The position numbers and the translations under genes were made by a program. A DNA stretch of 64,000 bases, taken from assembly GCA_030622545.1 (NCBI GenBank), contig JAUXGA010000012.1, positions 29,140-93,139 on the forward strand, in the 5' to 3' direction. This DNA comes from a bacterium. GTDB lineage: Bacteria > Electryoneota > RPQS01 > DYHQ01. Positions within the stretch are counted from its first letter, which is position 1. Every line of letters begins with the position of its first letter. Below are positions 29,832 to 39,452 of this stretch, one piece after another. The notes below the pieces were generated by a model. It made no database searches and had not been told where the DNA came from. It worked only from the letters and a program-made list of their open reading frames with translations.

Positions 29832-30961
29832 AATTGCTCGAAAACATAAGATTTGACTTTGACGGCGAAGACACTTCCTATCTAACTCATTCGTTTCACC
29901 CTTTTCCAGCAAAATTCCCGCCACAACTGCCGAAGGTCATACTTTCCGAATTCTCAGGGAAGGGTGAAATTGTGTTGGATCCGTTTTGCGGTTCAGGTAC
30001 TACACTCGTTGAGGCTCAATTGCAAGGAATTGACTCGGTGGGGGTAGATATTAACGGTCTCGCTTGTCTACTGAGTGAAGTAAAATCAAAACCACTTTCG
30101 AAACAGCAGCAATCTTTAGCGGCCGAATTATTTAATCGAATTTCTGACGAGAGTTTTCTCTGGGAAATGGGCAAAAAGAAAGATGTTACTGTTCCCAAAT
30201 TCGATGGATTATCCCATTGGTTTCAGCCAAATGTAGCTAAAGAATTAGCTTTTCTAAGAAATGAAATCTTAGCAATCAAGGACAAGGCCGCACGCGATTT
30301 TCTTAGGGTAGTGTTGTCATCTATCATTGTGCGAGTTTCCAATCAAGAGAGCGATACACGTTTTGCCGCAATAGATAAGAAAATCAAAGATGGTTTTACC
30401 TTTAAACTTTTCTTAGACCGCGGGAAGGTTTTCCTTGAAAAAATGAGAGCGTTTTCAAAGCAAGTCAAGACTCCGACCATTGTAGAGGTTTACAATACTG
30501 ATTCAAGAGACCTTGGCTTTCTAAACAGTAGAAAATTTGACTTAATAGTAACTTCTCCGCCTTATGCAAACACTTATGATTATTATCTCTATCATAAATT
30601 TAGAAAACGATGGCTGGATATAGATGTTCATTATGCTCAGTACAACGAAATCGGGTCTAGGCGGGAATTTTCTAGTCTTAAAAATGATCCAAGTAAATGG
30701 GTGTATGATTTAAAGCTTTGTTTCATGCAGATAAGTTCTGTTTTGAAAAAAAAGGGGTTGGCTTTCATAATAATTGGAGATTCCATTATTCGGAAGAAAC
30801 TTTTACGTATGGACGAAGTAATCTCGGAGTTTGCTCCAAGTGTAGGACTTGAAGTATGCGAAATCGTCTCATCAGATTTAAAACGCCACTCCAAGATATT
30901 TAATCCTGCTTTTGCTCAAAGGGGTAAAAAAGAACATTTAATGCTTTTGCAGAAACAATGA
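29828..30961 (+). CDS. DNA methyltransferase M2 (second SPPY-motif methyltransferase)
   Basis: HSFHPFPAKFPPQLPKVILSEFSGKGEIVLDPFCGSGTT (motif X/I) ... IVTSPPYANTYDY (motif IV); ATGA overlap with M1 stop. Confidence 0.75.
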   Translation: MKLLENIRFDFDGEDTSYLTHSFHPFPAKFPPQLPKVILSEFSGKGEIVLDPFCGSGTTLVEAQLQGIDSVGVDINGLACLLSEVKSKPLSKQQQSLAAELFNRISDESFLWEMGKKKDVTVPKFDGLSHWFQPNVAKELAFLRNEILAIKDKAARDFLRVVLSSIIVRVSNQESDTRFAAIDKKIKDGFTFKLFLDRGKVFLEKMRAFSKQVKTPTIVEVYNTDSRDLGFLNSRKFDLIVTSPPYANTYDYYLYHKFRKRWLDIDVHYAQYNEIGSRREFSSLKNDPSKWVYDLKLCFMQISSVLKKKGLAFIIIGDSIIRKKLLRMDEVISEFAPSVGLEVCEIVSSDLKRHSKIFNPAFAQRGKKEHLMLLQKQ

Positions 30962-32766
30962 TCAACATTAGAATTTACTACGAGTCTTTAGAACAAGCCA
31001 ACCACTATATAAAACCGATTATAGCAGAGGCGTGTGATGGTCAACATGTAAACATTGTTCTTGTTAAACGCGTAGGATCTGCTAAAGATCTTCCACAGGG
31101 CAAAGTGCGCGCTATACATTCTCTGGCGACTCCAGACATTCTTATAACCGGTGTCGTCGATGATATCGAGACACCATTGATTCTAATTGAGTTTTCAGAA
31201 GCTGTTATGACGGAAGACCACGAGTTGCAGCGGTCCTATGGCCCGGTCGCTGCATATCTTGCTAATATGTTCTACCTTAAAGTATCTGGTCAAAAGGAGT
31301 CAAGCCGAGAACATGGAGGTGCTGAATATAATCCTTACAGCACCCCGCGTATGTTTTTGAATGAACTTGACCATCAAGGTTTTATCATTGCTGAATGGAG
31401 ATTTGTGCAGGACAACCCTACTATACTTGAACGCTCTAGAGATTTTCCGAGCTGTCCACCGCAAATCCCTATCTTGGTGCAAACCATTCGACATGCCATT
31501 TCAGCATACTGCGGAGACCAAGCAAACTGGTTTGACGAAGCTCTAAGAAATTTACAGCGAGAGACATCATATTCAGAGTTTATGAATAGGGTAAATCAAT
31601 CTCCTGGCCTATCATCTCTAACAACCACTTGGCAAGAGCGCGAGGAAAGATGTAGCAACAAAGACCGTGTCAGGTATTTTGTTGAAGATAACTGGATTGG
31701 CGCCAAGATCAACCGATTTGACCACGCGATGGATCCTGATAGGGGAATATTGATTTTTTTGTCAATTTTATTCTCGAACAGGACTGCTGTATATGGCATT
31801 TACTCCATAGTTCGTCCGCGTAGTGGCCCAGAGTTAAGAGGAAGAATACAGGACCTCTCCAGCCTTCAAAGACACGTAGAAGCCGCATTGATAAAAGACC
31901 ACGGTGGCATACCGTCCTGGTTAAGTAATGCCATAATGAATAAGGTTTCTGAAGCAGGGTCTGTGAATTCAACAATTGATTTTCAAGGTATATGGGAGGC
32001 AAATCGTTCTAGAATAGAAGATAACAAGGTTGCAATGACACTTGCGTATTTTCTTGATGGTATGTACCTAGGTTATGGCGGAATTCTTTTGCAATGGGAC
32101 AAACAGGCACTGTTAGGTAATGCGTCGGATTCATTCATTGATAGCCTGCGACAACATTTGGGTTTCAGTAATGATGGTTCAGCAGCTTCTATAGAAGAAA
32201 GAGCGAATGATGTGAACGAAGACGAAGTCACATATTTGATTGCACACCGTATCCTTTTTCCAAATAGTTTTCAGATAGTCAGTATTAGTTATCCGGGTGC
32301 TCAAGGTGGTTTCGCTGTACTACCAGAACCAGAAGCGGGACGAGCACAGCGGCGTAGATATATAGATCTTATCGCTCTACCTCCACAAGACATTTCTTCT
32401 TTTGACGTCCTGCTTAATGAAAACAAAGGAATGTTCTCAAGGGCGGCGATAACCGGCGATGTTAGAGAATTGAATCAGTATAAAACAAACCATGCTTATA
32501 GAGGTGCTCTCACGCAATCTCTCGTGAATGCGAAGGTCATTGACTCCAATAGAGAACTACGCGAAATCTTAATAGGAATAGGATTTGGTGTCAGAAATGG
32601 AACAAGAACAACTTGGGACCCAAGCGAAGTTGATTTCATATTTCGCGTTATCCACAGATCGAGATGGGCTATTGGAATTTTTTCGCAAAGTCTAAGGGAA
32701 TTAATCCCGACGATTGAGGGAAACACGGACTTACCGAGGTGTTATAAAATTTGCCCTCCTGATTAA
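30958..32766 (+). CDS. Putative restriction endonuclease of the methyltransferase pair (Type IIS-like architecture)
   Basis: 602 aa, ATGA overlap with M2; no database-type motifs except a C-terminal PD-(D/E)xK-like pattern YIDLIALPP...FDVLLNENKG; AT-rich like the methyltransferases. Confidence 0.45.
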   Translation: MINIRIYYESLEQANHYIKPIIAEACDGQHVNIVLVKRVGSAKDLPQGKVRAIHSLATPDILITGVVDDIETPLILIEFSEAVMTEDHELQRSYGPVAAYLANMFYLKVSGQKESSREHGGAEYNPYSTPRMFLNELDHQGFIIAEWRFVQDNPTILERSRDFPSCPPQIPILVQTIRHAISAYCGDQANWFDEALRNLQRETSYSEFMNRVNQSPGLSSLTTTWQEREERCSNKDRVRYFVEDNWIGAKINRFDHAMDPDRGILIFLSILFSNRTAVYGIYSIVRPRSGPELRGRIQDLSSLQRHVEAALIKDHGGIPSWLSNAIMNKVSEAGSVNSTIDFQGIWEANRSRIEDNKVAMTLAYFLDGMYLGYGGILLQWDKQALLGNASDSFIDSLRQHLGFSNDGSAASIEERANDVNEDEVTYLIAHRILFPNSFQIVSISYPGAQGGFAVLPEPEAGRAQRRRYIDLIALPPQDISSFDVLLNENKGMFSRAAITGDVRELNQYKTNHAYRGALTQSLVNAKVIDSNRELREILIGIGFGVRNGTRTTWDPSEVDFIFRVIHRSRWAIGIFSQSLRELIPTIEGNTDLPRCYKICPPD

Positions 32767-32856
32767 TGCGAATTGGAAATAATTCCAGAAACTGAGCGGT
32801 TTTCAGGGAGGCGTTGGCACATACGTTTGAGCATATAATTCAGTGATGCGCGCAAC

Positions 32857-33459
32857 ATGCAATACCTAATCCAATCCACCATAGCGATTATTGCGATTAT
32901 GGATCCGTTGGGGGCGGCGCCGATTTTCCTTGGGCTGACGGACGACATGACGCGGTGGCAGCGGACGCGGGCGGCGGTGCGGGCGTCGTTTTACTGTATC
33001 GTCATCCTGACCGTGTCAGCGTTCGGCGGCGAATGGATTCTGCGCGCTTTCGGCGTGACCTTGCCCGCGTTTCAAGTCGCCGGCGGACTCATCATCGTGC
33101 TCATGGGACTGGAAATGCTCAGCGGCACACCGACGCGCGTACAGCATGACCCCAAAGAACCCGGCGAGGATGATACCATCTTAGTGCCGTTCGCCATGCC
33201 GCTGATTGCCGGGCCGGGCGCGATTACGACCGTGATTACATTGACCGCGCAGCATCCGAATGTCAGCGGAAGATTGACTATACTGCTGGCGGTTGTGCTG
33301 GCGACGATTGTTTTGTTGGTGACGCTGCTGAGCGCGAACTGGCTGAAGGAACGCATCAGCTACCATGTGCAGAAAGTTTTCCTGCGGTTCATGGGATTGA
33401 TTCTGCTGGCGATTGGAGCGCAGTTGTTGTTGACGGGTGTGCAGAGGTTTTTAAATTGA
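32857..33459 (+). CDS. MarC-family (UPF0056) integral membrane protein
   Basis: 200 aa, ~6 TM; MarC-like N-terminal IAIIAIMDPLGAAPIFLGLT. Confidence 0.7.
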   Translation: MQYLIQSTIAIIAIMDPLGAAPIFLGLTDDMTRWQRTRAAVRASFYCIVILTVSAFGGEWILRAFGVTLPAFQVAGGLIIVLMGLEMLSGTPTRVQHDPKEPGEDDTILVPFAMPLIAGPGAITTVITLTAQHPNVSGRLTILLAVVLATIVLLVTLLSANWLKERISYHVQKVFLRFMGLILLAIGAQLLLTGVQRFLN

Positions 33460-33584
33460 CGGTTTTACGCGAGGGGCAGGCTACAAGTAGCTAATACTAT
33501 GGTATTAATTACTTGTTAATAAATCATATAGGAACGTTCAGGAGAGATTTAATTTGTGGCATTATGGACGGCGGCATTTTTCTC

Positions 33585-33613
33585 TTGACATGAACCGAAT
33601 TAATTCGTATAAT
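33585..33613 (+). promoter_or_regulatory. Consensus sigma70 promoter TTGACA-17-TATAAT driving the trp leader / aromatic supraoperon
   Basis: ttgaca 33585-33590, 17-nt spacer, tataat 33608-33613; 22 nt upstream of leader RBS. Confidence 0.7.
33596..33607. promoter_or_regulatory. Perfect 12-bp palindrome CGAATTAATTCG inside the promoter spacer, overlapping the -10; candidate repressor operator
   Basis: cgaatt|aattcg read directly; its position, between -35 and -10, is that of a TrpR-type operator. Confidence 0.45.
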
Positions 33614-33635
33614 TAATCCGTAAGGAGCCAATAAA

Positions 33636-33719
33636 ATGAATTTGACGAACCCTGCCCGCACGAATTGGTATTGGTATTGCTACTGGCGCTCAATGCGCGT
33701 GGGTGAGGTACGGCTCTAA
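33636..33719 (+). CDS. trpL: Trp leader peptide (27 aa, MNLTNPARTNWYWYCYWRSMRVGEVRL) with three Trp codons
   Basis: AGGAG 33623-33627, ATG 33636, TGG codons at 33666, 33672, 33684; stop TAA 33717-33719; lies between promoter and intrinsic terminator preceding trpE. Confidence 0.75.
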   Translation: MNLTNPARTNWYWYCYWRSMRVGEVRL

Positions 33720-33743
33720 GTAGATATTAGTCGAGACTATCAG

Positions 33744-33776
33744 CGTCCATGCGATTTATTGCATGGGCGTTTTTTT
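33744..33776 (+). terminator. Intrinsic terminator (attenuator): 9-bp stem cgtccatgc / gcatgggcg, 8-nt loop, T7 tract
   Basis: Stem 33744-33752 / 33761-33769 (one G-U), ttttttt 33770-33776; 25 nt after leader stop, 32 nt before trpE ATG 33808. Confidence 0.7.
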
Positions 33777-33807
33777 ATTGGGTGAGATTTTGCAGCACGC
33801 TTTTCAT

Positions 33808-35253
33808 ATGACAAAAGAAGCATTTTTGAAACATGCCCACCCGGGACGGATTCAGGTCGTGACTCGAATCGTGCCGGGAGATTTACTGACTCCGGTTTCA
33901 GCCTTTTTAAGGCTGCGCAGCATGGGCACTCCCGCGTTTCTTCTCGAAAGCGCCGCTGGGGGAGAAAGCTTCGGGCGCTATTCGATTCTCGGCGCTGCCC
34001 CGGCAAGGGTTGCCGTCGCGAAAGAACCGGGCTGCAGTTATTGGCTGGACAAGGGTGAACAGACAGCGGAACCGCTGCGGAATCTTCTTAAAAATTTCGC
34101 AACGAGTCAGGCGGATAATGTGGGGCAGTTTCCTTTTTGCGGCGGGCTGGTCGGGATGATTGGTTTTGACTGGGTGCGGGAATTGGAAGCTCTGCCAGAA
34201 GGCCCAGCGCCGGATATCGACATGCCTCTGGCTTGTCTGGGAGATTTTCAAGACTTCGTTTTATTTGATCATCGAACGCTCGATGTTCTGTTTGTTGCTC
34301 AGGTTATCGTAGGGGAATCACCCGCAGAGGATTATGCGCGCGCGCAACATCGTCTAACATCAATGGAAGCTGTTCTTGCGCGTCCGCTTCCCGGCGACCT
34401 TCCCCCGGTCGAATCCTCTCTGAAGGTTCAGAGTAATTTTTCGGAGAATGAATTCTGCAAAGGCGTACGCACTTTGAAGGAACATATTCGCGCCGGTGAT
34501 ATTTTTCAGGCGGTTCTTTCGCAGCGTTTCGAGACAGATTTTCAGGGTGATCCTTTTCAGCTTTATCGGAGTCTGAGGCGCGTTAATCCATCACCGTACA
34601 TGTTCTATCTGGAGATGGAGAACGGCGCACTTGTCGGCGCATCGCCGGAGCTTCTGGTCGGTGTGGATGGACGCAGTGCGGAGCTTCTGCCGATTGCCGG
34701 TACCCGACCGCGTGGCAAGAATATCGATGAAGATGCGGCGCTGGAAAAAGATCTGCTCGCTGATGAGAAAGAGAATGCTGAGCATATGATGCTCGTGGAT
34801 TTAGCGCGAAATGATTTAGGGCGCGTGTGTCATTACGGCACCGTGCGGGTGAAGGAACTCGCGCAAGTGCATCGCTTCAGTCATGTGATTCATTTGGTTT
34901 CCAGCGTGAAAGGAAAACTGCGATCCGAATTCACGGCGGCGGACGCTTTGGCGGCATCTTTTCCAGCGGGAACGGTGAGTGGAGCGCCAAAAGTTCGCGC
35001 AATGGAAATCATTGTCGAAAACGAACCGACGAATCGGGGGCCTTATGCCGGAGCGGTGGGTTTTCTGGACCGAACCGGGCGCGCGGAGTTTTGTATCGCG
35101 TTGCGGATGGCGCTTGTCACACCGGGACGCATCACGTTTCAAGCCGGGGCGGGAATCGTAGCCGATTCGATTCCGGAAAAAGAATACGCTGAAACCAAAC
35201 ACAAAGCGCAGGCGGTTGCCGATGCGCTAAAACTGGCGACAAAAGAAAGATGA
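33808..35253 (+). CDS. trpE: Anthranilate synthase component I
   Basis: TrpE motifs LLVGVDGRSAELLPIAGTRPRG, HMMLVDLARNDLGRV, SGAPKVRAMEII; start moved from track ATG 33763 to ATG 33808 because 33763 lies inside the terminator hairpin / T-tract. Confidence 0.8.
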   Translation: MTKEAFLKHAHPGRIQVVTRIVPGDLLTPVSAFLRLRSMGTPAFLLESAAGGESFGRYSILGAAPARVAVAKEPGCSYWLDKGEQTAEPLRNLLKNFATSQADNVGQFPFCGGLVGMIGFDWVRELEALPEGPAPDIDMPLACLGDFQDFVLFDHRTLDVLFVAQVIVGESPAEDYARAQHRLTSMEAVLARPLPGDLPPVESSLKVQSNFSENEFCKGVRTLKEHIRAGDIFQAVLSQRFETDFQGDPFQLYRSLRRVNPSPYMFYLEMENGALVGASPELLVGVDGRSAELLPIAGTRPRGKNIDEDAALEKDLLADEKENAEHMMLVDLARNDLGRVCHYGTVRVKELAQVHRFSHVIHLVSSVKGKLRSEFTAADALAASFPAGTVSGAPKVRAMEIIVENEPTNRGPYAGAVGFLDRTGRAEFCIALRMALVTPGRITFQAGAGIVADSIPEKEYAETKHKAQAVADALKLATKER

Positions 35254-35819
35254 TTTTCGTTCTTGATAATTACGATTCGTTTACTTACAACCTCGTGCAG
35301 GGCTTCGGCGAACTCGGCGTTGAAGTGAGCGTGGCGCGCAATGATAAAATCACTGTGCCGGAACTTGAAGCGATGAATCCCGCGGCGATAATATTTTCTC
35401 CGGGGCCCGGCAGACCGGAAGTGTCCGGGAATATGCCTGAGATTGTCGCGGCCTTCGTGGAACGGATACCGATATTGGGTGTTTGCCTCGGTCACCAGAT
35501 GTTGGGTCAGCATTTCGGCGGCAAGGTTGTCCCCGCAGAGGAGCTTGTGCATGGCAAAGCAGCGCGTGTTTTTCACGATGGGAAGACGATTTTTCGCGGC
35601 GTGACAGACCCTGTCAATGCAGGACGCTATCATTCGCTGATGCTGGAACGCGATTCGCTGCCCGACTGCTTCGAGGTAACGGCGCAGACAGAAGCGGGAA
35701 CGGTGATGGCGATTCGGCATCGGTCGCTGCCGATAGAAGGTGTGCAGTTTCATCCGGAATCGATTCTGACACCCGAAGGCCCGAAGATTCTGGAGAATTT
35801 CTTGGCGATGGTGGGGTGA
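35250..35819 (+). CDS. trpG: Anthranilate synthase component II (glutamine amidotransferase)
   Basis: MIFVLDNYDSFTYNLVQ...GVCLGHQ...HPES; ATGA overlap with trpE stop. Confidence 0.85.
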   Translation: MIFVLDNYDSFTYNLVQGFGELGVEVSVARNDKITVPELEAMNPAAIIFSPGPGRPEVSGNMPEIVAAFVERIPILGVCLGHQMLGQHFGGKVVPAEELVHGKAARVFHDGKTIFRGVTDPVNAGRYHSLMLERDSLPDCFEVTAQTEAGTVMAIRHRSLPIEGVQFHPESILTPEGPKILENFLAMVG

Positions 35820-35840
35820 AGTTTAATTTGGTTGTGCCGC

Positions 35841-35866
35841 TTGGTAGTGCCGCACGGCAGTGCGCC
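35841..35866. repeat. Solo copy of 23-nt repeat ttggtagtgccgcacggcagtgcgc (same as the flanks of the composite element at 39451-39602)
   Basis: Identical to 39454-39476 / 39573-39595; sits in the 64-nt trpG-trpD spacer. Confidence 0.65.
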
Positions 35867-35883
35867 TGAGAAGGAAAAGGAAT

Positions 35884-36897
35884 ATGCTGCGAAAAACAAT
35901 CGAAAAAATTTCTGATGGGGAAATCCTATCGCGCGATGAAGCGAGGCAGGCGCTGGAATATATTTTCGACGAGAAAGTTTCGCATATCCAGACGTCTGCG
36001 TTTCTTGTGGCGCTAAGAACGCGCGGCGAAAAAAGCGTAGAACTCGCGGGGATGCTCGACGCGATGAAAGCGCGCATGAAAACGGTCGCGTGCGCCGACC
36101 CAAAGGCGGTGGATGTCTGCGGAACCGGCGGTGACGGCAGCGGGAGTTTTAACATTTCGACAGCAGCGGGTTTGGTGGCGGCGGCGGCAGGTGTGACGGT
36201 TGCCAAGCACGGCAATCGCGCCGTTTCGAGCCGTTCCGGCAGTGCGGATTTATTAGTGGCATTGGGAATCTCTATCGATGCACCGATTGCTGTTTTGGAA
36301 AAATGTTTGGCAGAGCACAAGTTTGCTTTTCTCTTTGCGCCGATGCATCACGGAGCGATGAAGGCGGTTGCTCCGATTCGAAAAGAGCTGGGAATGCGCA
36401 CAGTCTTTAATCTCTTAGGGCCGCTTGCGAATCCCGCCGGAGTGAAGCGGCAATTGGTGGGTGTATTTCATCCACGGTGGCTCCGACCGGTGATTGAAAC
36501 GCTGAAGGCCGCCAGCGCTGAACGCGCGCTTGTGGTTCACAGCAAGGAAGGCTGGGACGAAATCAGCGCCGCGCAATCGACGGGTTTCATTGAGTTGAAG
36601 AACGGCAAACTAATAGAAGATTCAATTCTTCCGGAGAAATTGCCTTTTACGGGAGAAAAAATCGAAAATCCAATCGGCGGTGATGCGGAAGAAAACGCGA
36701 AGCGCTTGCAAGCGCTTGCGGCGAATGAAGAAACACATCTGCTCCCGTGGGTCGCGGTAAACGCGGGGGCAGCGATTTATCTGGCGGATAAAGCGGCTTC
36801 TATTGCTGAAGGATGCGAGATGGCGACCAAGACGATTCGCGACGGGAAGCTCGCCGCGCTTCTTGATACACTCAGGAAATATCACCGGGCGTCATGA
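35884..36897 (+). CDS. trpD: Anthranilate phosphoribosyltransferase
   Basis: ATG 35884 after AAGGAAAAGGA (track GTG 35860 lies in the repeat); GTGGDGSGSFNISTAAGLVAAAAG, HGNRAVSSRSGSADLL. Confidence 0.85.
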   Translation: MLRKTIEKISDGEILSRDEARQALEYIFDEKVSHIQTSAFLVALRTRGEKSVELAGMLDAMKARMKTVACADPKAVDVCGTGGDGSGSFNISTAAGLVAAAAGVTVAKHGNRAVSSRSGSADLLVALGISIDAPIAVLEKCLAEHKFAFLFAPMHHGAMKAVAPIRKELGMRTVFNLLGPLANPAGVKRQLVGVFHPRWLRPVIETLKAASAERALVVHSKEGWDEISAAQSTGFIELKNGKLIEDSILPEKLPFTGEKIENPIGGDAEENAKRLQALAANEETHLLPWVAVNAGAAIYLADKAASIAEGCEMATKTIRDGKLAALLDTLRKYHRAS

Positions 36898-37682
36898 GCA
36901 TTTTGGATGATATATTCGCGGCGAGTCGCGTTCGATTGGAAACACAGAAGCGCGAAGTTTCTCTCGAAGAATTGAAGCAGCGTTGCCATGACCTTCCGCC
37001 AACGCATGGTTTTGAGAAAGTGTTGAAGCAAGCAGATCGATTAGCGTTCATAGCGGAAATAAAACCGCAGTCGCCCAGCGCAGGAATTTTAAAAGCGAAT
37101 CTTTCGGTCGAGGACATCGCGCGAGAGTATGAAGCAGCAGGTGCGGACGCGCTTTCGATTTTGACCGAGCCGGAATATTTTGGCGGTTCACTTAAAAACT
37201 TAGAGAAGGCTAAGAACACTGTTCAACTTCCACTGCTTCGTAAGGATTTTATTTTCGACGTATATCAACTTTTTGAAGCACGTGCGGCGGGAGCGGATGC
37301 GATTCTCTTAATTGCGGCGATGTTATCGCACGAACAAATTGCGGAACTCTGTTCGTTGGCGCGTGAACTTTCATTGGATGTTTTGCTTGAATTTCACAGT
37401 AAGGAAGAGTTAAACCGGCTTCCTGCGAAAGAGCCGGTGATTTGCGGCGTGAATCATCGAAACTTGCGCACAATGGAGATTGATTTGTCCGTTTCCGAGC
37501 AATTGTTTCCATGCTTTCCGAATGGATTCGTCAAAGTTGCCGAGAGCGGAATCTCCACGGAAGAAGATATAAAACGCGTACGAAAATCCGGCGCAGATGC
37601 GGTGCTTGTGGGAACGCATTTGATGAAGGCGCAGAAGCCCGGCAAGGCTCTTCGGGAATTGGTGAGCGCGTCATGTGGATAA
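36894..37682 (+). CDS. trpC: Indole-3-glycerol-phosphate synthase
   Basis: ...FIAEIKPQSPSAGIL..., LLRKDFIFDVYQ; ATGA overlap with trpD. Confidence 0.85.
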   Translation: MSILDDIFAASRVRLETQKREVSLEELKQRCHDLPPTHGFEKVLKQADRLAFIAEIKPQSPSAGILKANLSVEDIAREYEAAGADALSILTEPEYFGGSLKNLEKAKNTVQLPLLRKDFIFDVYQLFEARAAGADAILLIAAMLSHEQIAELCSLARELSLDVLLEFHSKEELNRLPAKEPVICGVNHRNLRTMEIDLSVSEQLFPCFPNGFVKVAESGISTEEDIKRVRKSGADAVLVGTHLMKAQKPGKALRELVSASCG

Positions 37683-38278
37683 AATTCTGCGGAATGGTGC
37701 GGGAGGAAGATGTGGAGGCGGCGTGCGGCCTGGGCGTGGACGCGGTGGGATTTATTTTCGTTCCTTCGTCTTCGCGAGTTGTAAAACTTGATGATGTTCA
37801 CTATCTCCGCGGGCAAACTCGCGGTCATTGTAAGAAGGTTGCTGTTTTTCAAAATCCCGATATGAGTGAAGTCAAGGAAATCGCTGATGAACTTGAATTC
37901 GATTTATTGCAATTTCACGGGGAAGAAGCTGCCGAAGAAATCGAAAGGCTACAGCACACATATATCAAAGCTTTTCGCATCGGTTCGGATTTTGATGTTA
38001 ATAAGTTCTTACCATTCAAGAATGCTCACGCGTGGCTGCTCGACAGTGTGAAAAGCGGGCCGTTGGTCCCTGCGGAGCTTGTGCAGCGTGCGATGGATTT
38101 GCATCCGCAAGGACGCGTTATTTTAGCGGGAGGGTTGACAATTGAGAATCTGCATTCGCGATTAACAGAGTGTCATCCTTATGGTGTCGATGTTGCGCGG
38201 GGAGTTGAGGAACATCCACGCGTCAAAAATTTCAAAAAAATGAAGGAATTCGTTCGTGTCTGTCGTGACTACAAATAA
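37673..38278 (+). CDS. trpF: Phosphoribosylanthranilate isomerase
   Basis: Start ATG 37673 ([29 protein letters not shown]), overlapping trpC end; the track's longer ORF from 37511 overlaps trpC in another frame. Confidence 0.75.
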   Translation: MWIKFCGMVREEDVEAACGLGVDAVGFIFVPSSSRVVKLDDVHYLRGQTRGHCKKVAVFQNPDMSEVKEIADELEFDLLQFHGEEAAEEIERLQHTYIKAFRIGSDFDVNKFLPFKNAHAWLLDSVKSGPLVPAELVQRAMDLHPQGRVILAGGLTIENLHSRLTECHPYGVDVARGVEEHPRVKNFKKMKEFVRVCRDYK

Positions 38279-39452
38279 TAACTCCCGGCATCAGCCGGAT
38301 CGGCGCGGTCATTTCGGGCCCTATGGGGGGCGCTATGTACCTGAAACATTGATGAGTGCGCTTAACGATTTGGATGTCGCTTTTCGCACTGCGTGGCGCG
38401 ACCGGATATTCCGGCAAAAGCTAAACGAAGAACTCGCTAACTTCGCCGGACGACCAACGCCGCTTTACGCTGTGGAAAATTTATCGGAAGAGCTCGGCTA
38501 TCCTGTTTTTCTTAAGCGCGAAGATCTGCTTCACACCGGCGCGCATAAAATCAACAATGCTCTGGGTCAGGCGTTGCTGGCACAGAGGCTTTCTAAAAAA
38601 CGTATCGTCGCGGAAACCGGCGCAGGGCAGCACGGCGTTGCTGTGGCGACGGTATGCGCACGATTTGGACTCGAAGCGGTCGTTTATATGGGCGTCAAGG
38701 ATATGGAACGGCAGGCTCCCAATGTCAGCCGGATGAAGTTGCTCGGAGCCGAAGTTATCCCTGTGGAAAACGGAACGCAGACTTTGAAGGACGCGACAAG
38801 TCAGGCTATCCGCGATTGGGTGACGAATGTGCGGACGACATTTTATCTTCTTGGTTCAGTGGTCGGGCCGCATCCTTACCCGATGATGGTGCGGCAATTT
38901 CAGCGGGTCATTGGTGAGGAAACGCGCCGCGAATTGCGCCGCCGGGAAATTAATGCGTCCGTGCTTATTGCCTGCGTCGGCGGCGGGAGCAACGCGATTG
39001 GTTTTTTCTATCCCTTTCTTCAGGATGATATGCAGCTCTATGGCGTGGAAGCAGCCGGAGAAGGCATCGCAACTGAGCATCACGCGGCGACGCTGTCAGC
39101 GGGGAGGCCGGGCGTGCTTCACGGGAGTTATTCGTATCTGCTGCAGAATGATGACGGTCAAGTTTCAGAGGCGCACAGTGTTTCAGCCGGGCTCGATTAT
39201 CCGGGTGTCGGACCGGAACACAGTTTCCTGCGCGATACAGGCCGCGTCCGATATGTGTCCGTGACCGATGAAGAAGCTTTGCAGGCCGCTCGTAATCTTT
39301 GCCGGTACGAAGGAATTCTTCCCGCGTTGGAACCGGCTCACGCTCTGGGGTATTTGCGTTATCTGGACAAAAAGGAAATCGGAGATGGAGCGGTGGTGGT
39401 TTGTCTTTCCGGGCGCGGCGATAAGGATTTGCAGGCGTTTATTGAAGGGTAA
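38256..39452 (+). CDS. trpB: Tryptophan synthase beta chain
   Basis: [30 protein letters not shown]-enzyme fold motifs. Confidence 0.9.
   Translation: MSVVTTNNNSRHQPDRRGHFGPYGGRYVPETLMSALNDLDVAFRTAWRDRIFRQKLNEELANFAGRPTPLYAVENLSEELGYPVFLKREDLLHTGAHKINNALGQALLAQRLSKKRIVAETGAGQHGVAVATVCARFGLEAVVYMGVKDMERQAPNVSRMKLLGAEVIPVENGTQTLKDATSQAIRDWVTNVRTTFYLLGSVVGPHPYPMMVRQFQRVIGEETRRELRRREINASVLIACVGGGSNAIGFFYPFLQDDMQLYGVEAAGEGIATEHHAATLSAGRPGVLHGSYSYLLQNDDGQVSEAHSVSAGLDYPGVGPEHSFLRDTGRVRYVSVTDEEALQAARNLCRYEGILPALEPAHALGYLRYLDKKEIGDGAVVVCLSGRGDKDLQAFIEG

Noticed and set aside
33763-33807. trpE start at ATG 33763 (track ORF)
   Set aside because: That ATG lies inside the 3' arm of the attenuator hairpin and the T-tract would encode GVFLLGE; ATG 33808 gives a TrpE N-terminus (..DLLTPVSAFLRL) and E. 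coli-like spacing after the terminator
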